The notes beneath the pieces were generated by a model, which made no database searches, was not told where the DNA came from, and worked only from the letters and a program-made list of their open reading frames with translations. Both the position numbers and the translations under genes were made by a program. DNA of 55,929 bases, counting the filler, from Basidiobolus ranarum (taxonomy: Eukaryota), in assembly GCA_040143965.1 (NCBI GenBank). It is 4 parts of 4 records of this genome, joined end to end, with 100 filler letters (N's around TTAATTAATTAA, not from the genome) between each part and the next. Parts side by side here need not be neighbours in the genome. Positions count along the whole stretch, not along the records: positions 42,072 to 55,929 come from JASJQH010000455.1; 3 more parts are not named here. One strand, written 5' to 3'. This document shows, piece by piece, positions 54,676-55,929 of the stretch; positions within the stretch are counted from its first letter, which is position 1, and every line of letters begins with the position of its first letter.

Positions 54676-55929
54676 ATGAAGTTCGCTAAACAACTTGCCT
54701 TGCGCTCCATCCCCACTTGGGCCATATATTATGTTGATTATAAACAACTCAAAAAATTCATCAAAGATTCTGAACTTCAGTATGAAGGTATTTACTTTGC
54801 TTGTCTTGGGCATATGTTCGATACTTCGAGTATCATTCACTAATTGAATTACCCTTGAAATGCTCTTTGTCCACTGCAGAGAACAACAAAGACCCTGCTC
54901 AGCTAGATAGGATCACTCAGGAGTTCAAAGCGCATATATATGCGGAAATTGACAAAGTAGAAGAAAGGTACATCAATAAGGAACAGGACTCGAGTGAGAA
55001 GCTTCAAATTTTGAAAACTAAGGTACTTGCATTATTCTACTTCATGATTTTCGAGTTCTTCGTGCATAATCCATTATCTGCTACCGACTTATTAGTGGCG
55101 ACCTGACCTTTCAGATGAAAATCAGGAGCAATGGTTTGTTATTCTCTTTTTAATTGGGGTGCATCAAACTCATACTCACATTACTCATTTCCCTAGGATT
55201 AAAGATTTTACGAAACTGTTACAGTCGCTCGAATATCTATCAGGTAGATTACATTTCTATGGTTATGTGCCACCCTCAGCTCAAGCTAAGTCTGATCCTC
55301 TGGTTATTCATTTCAGAATTTACGCAAACAAATATTGTCGGGTTTCAAAAAATTCTGAAAAAATTCGACAAGCATTTCGGTGTTACTTGGGGCAAAGAGT
55401 TCTGGCCAGAAATCACTACAAAGAAATTCGCAAACTCTGAAAAAGAAGAGAATTTACTGCATGAAGCTAGACAGGTACAGTCCTTTTCGTCGATCCGTAA
55501 TGCCTGCTTGACTTTGAATCTAACATTGTGTATATCTTCAGGTATGGCGCAAGAGAGTTCCTGTTGCTCCCCTTGAGCCAAAGAGAAGTCTTGATGTGGT
55601 TAACTCTGAAATTCCCACTGTATCAGCATTGGATCTTCAGTCACTCTCCAGTGGCCAAGTGCACCGTTTTTGGGTAGTTCTTTCCGAAGACGGACTAAAT
55701 CTACCTATAAAGGTCCCAGTAATCATTGCGAAGGTATAGCCTGTGCTTCTTTTCGTCTTAAATAGCCACATTTTAATCATGACTTTCCGATGAACGTTTA
55801 TTAGGGAATCAAACCTGGACCTACATTAGGCATTACAGCGGCGTTGCATGGAAACGAATTGAACGGTATCCCTTTAATCCACCGACTATTCCGTGAACTC
55901 AAGTGTGGAGCATTACATGGAATTGTTGT
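54676..55929 (+). CDS. SPX domain fused to a succinylglutamate desuccinylase/aspartoacylase (AstE/AspA, M14-like) domain; 3'-truncated by the window end
   Basis: Exons 54676-54787, 54880-55022, 55096-55133, 55197-55243, 55317-55474, 55542-55733 and 55805-end splice in phase. They give MKFAKQL..YYVDYKQLKKFIK..NIVGFQKILKKFDKHFG (SPX), then [39 protein letters not shown] (HGNE zinc motif). Confidence 0.85.

Overview
Intron-rich, AT-rich eukaryotic genomic DNA from an early-diverging fungus. A Basidiobolus-like source is my guess from gene content and intron style and is not verified. The window is not one locus. It consists of four contigs of decreasing length (1-13941, 14042-27966, 28067-41971, 42072-55929) joined by identical 100-nt N44-TTAATTAATTAA-N44 linkers, so no gene neighbourhood can be read across those joins. 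I reconstructed about 21 protein-coding genes, most of them spliced: SETD6/RKM4, GPATCH8-like, an M1 aminopeptidase, a RhoGEF, yippee, a small membrane protein, a lipoyl-less E2-type acyltransferase, RPL25, EMC2, VTS1, a repeat-motif protein, LSH/HELLS, a UNC-93-like MFS protein, a LEC1-like PX protein, an ACC-synthase-like PLP enzyme, a C2H2 factor, a GH15, MEA1-like, ZGRF1-like, mitochondrial uL4, and an SPX fusion gene. The most unusual item is the last gene (54676 to the window end): after splicing it encodes an SPX inositol-pyrophosphate sensor domain fused in frame to an AstE/AspA (M14-like) zinc deacylase. Other notable items are a long rod-like hairpin in the RPL25 intron, a membrane-anchored stand-alone E2 catalytic domain, and an in-frame stop just before the Walker A motif of LSH. 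I saw no rRNA, tRNA, CRISPR array or intact transposon.
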